64,000 nucleotides of DNA from Octopus sinensis. Lineage: Eukaryota. The notes below the pieces were generated by a model. The model was not told the DNA's origin, ran no database searches, and saw only the letters and a list, made by a program, of their open reading frames with translations. Shown here piece after piece: positions 62,330-64,000 of the stretch. The position numbers and the translations under genes are program-made. Every line of letters begins with the position of its first letter. The first letter of the stretch is position 1. Location of the stretch: assembly GCF_006345805.1 (NCBI RefSeq), contig NC_043005.1, forward strand, positions 93,620,001-93,684,000, in the 5' to 3' direction.

Positions 62330-62786
62330 ATCATCATCATCGTCGTTTAACGTCTGCTTTCCATGCTAGCATGGGTTGGACGGTTTGACTGTGGGCTGGC
62401 GAACCAGATGGCTGCACTAAGCCCCAGTCTTGATCTGGCAGAGTTTCTACTGCTGGATGCCCTTCCTGACGCCAACCACTCTGAGAATGTAGTGGGTGCT
62501 TTTACGTGCCACCGACACGGGGCCAGTCCGGCGGTACTGGCAATGATCACGCTTAGATGGTGCTCTTAGCACCCTACTAGCATGGGACACAAGTGCCAGT
62601 AAGGCGAGGCTGGCAACAATCACGCTCGTATGGTGCTCATGCCGGTCATCAAATTTCACTTTGATTTTGATTTCGGTTTCAATTTCACTTGCCTCAGCAG
62701 GTCTTCGCAAGCAGAGATTAGTGTTCAAAGAAGGAAAAGATACGCACAAGTGGGCTGGTTACACCCCTGGCACAGGCAAACGAGGT
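62330..62786 (-). mobile_element. RTE 3' UTR
   Basis: Family tail and body. Confidence 0.85.
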
Positions 62787-63245
<459 letters not shown>

Positions 63246-63249
63246 TTAT

Positions 63250-64000
63250 CATCATTTAATAATAGCATGGGTTGGACGATTTTGACTGAGGTCTGGCGAA
63301 CCAGATGGCTGCACCAGGCTCCAATCTTGATCTGGCAGAGTTTCTACAGCTGGATGCCCTTCCTAACGCCAACCACTCCGAGAGTGTAGTGGGTGCTTTT
63401 TACGTGCCACTGGCACGGGGGCCAGTCAGGCAGTACTGGCAATTACCTCACTCAAATCTTTTTACACGTGCCAGTGAAGCGACATTGGTAACGATCACGC
63501 TCGAATGGTGCCCTTTTACATGCCACGGGTACAGAAGCCAGTTGGCTGCTCTGGCAATGATCACGCTCGGATGTTGCTCTTAGCACCCTACTAGCACAGG
63601 CATAAGTGCCAGTAAGGCGATGCTGGTAACGATCATACTCAAATAGCCGCTCTGTCAACAATCACACTCGTATGGTGTTCTTTGCACCCCGCTAGCACGG
63701 ATGCCAGTCATCGAATTGATTTAGGTTTTCATTTCACTTCCCTCAACAGGTCTTCGCAAGCAGAGTTTAGTGACCAAAGAAGGAAAAGGTACGCATAAGC
63801 GGGCTGGTTACGCTCCTGGCATAGGTTATGGTCTCATTTGGCTTGCCAAGTCTTCTCAAGCACAGCATATTACCAAAAGTCTCGATCGCTAGTCATTTCC
63901 TTGGTGAGGCCTAATGTTCGAAGGTCGTACTTCATCACTTCATCCCAGGTCTTCCTGGGTCTACCTCTTCCACAGGTTCCCTCAACCGCTAGGGTGTGGC
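63250..64000 (-). mobile_element. RTE 3' end, continuing beyond the window
   Basis: Ends in [22 protein letters not shown]-coding sequence at the window edge. Confidence 0.88.

Overview
AT-rich, repeat-dense eukaryotic DNA, most likely octopus/coleoid cephalopod (inferred from recognisable RTE, SINE and MITE families). One protein-coding gene dominates: SF3B1 (U2 snRNP SAP155) on the minus strand. I reconstructed 20 coding exons from 54576 down to the stop at 19303. All have GT-AG introns in consistent phase, giving 4052 nt or about 1350 aa; the short first coding exon is not in the window. The rest is transposon debris: RTE, CR1, Tx1, Dong/R4-like and HERO non-LTR elements, Tc1/mariner/maT, hAT, piggyBac-type, Helitron-like and a cluster of GG-ended MITE/foldback elements with 8-bp TSDs, plus SINEs and microsatellites. 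Most interesting observations: (1) a permuted hammerhead-ribozyme-like RNA fold in the 3' UTR of a HERO element (12664-12775, minus); (2) a candidate poison/decoy exon in the intron orthologous to human SF3B1 intron 4; (3) substitutions at normally near-invariant residues beside the branch-point pocket and an expanded Thr-Pro repeat in SF3B1; (4) inverted RTE arms flanking two phase-0 exons; (5) an ~890-bp near-complete palindrome. Human residue numbers and family consensus motifs are recalled from memory, not looked up.
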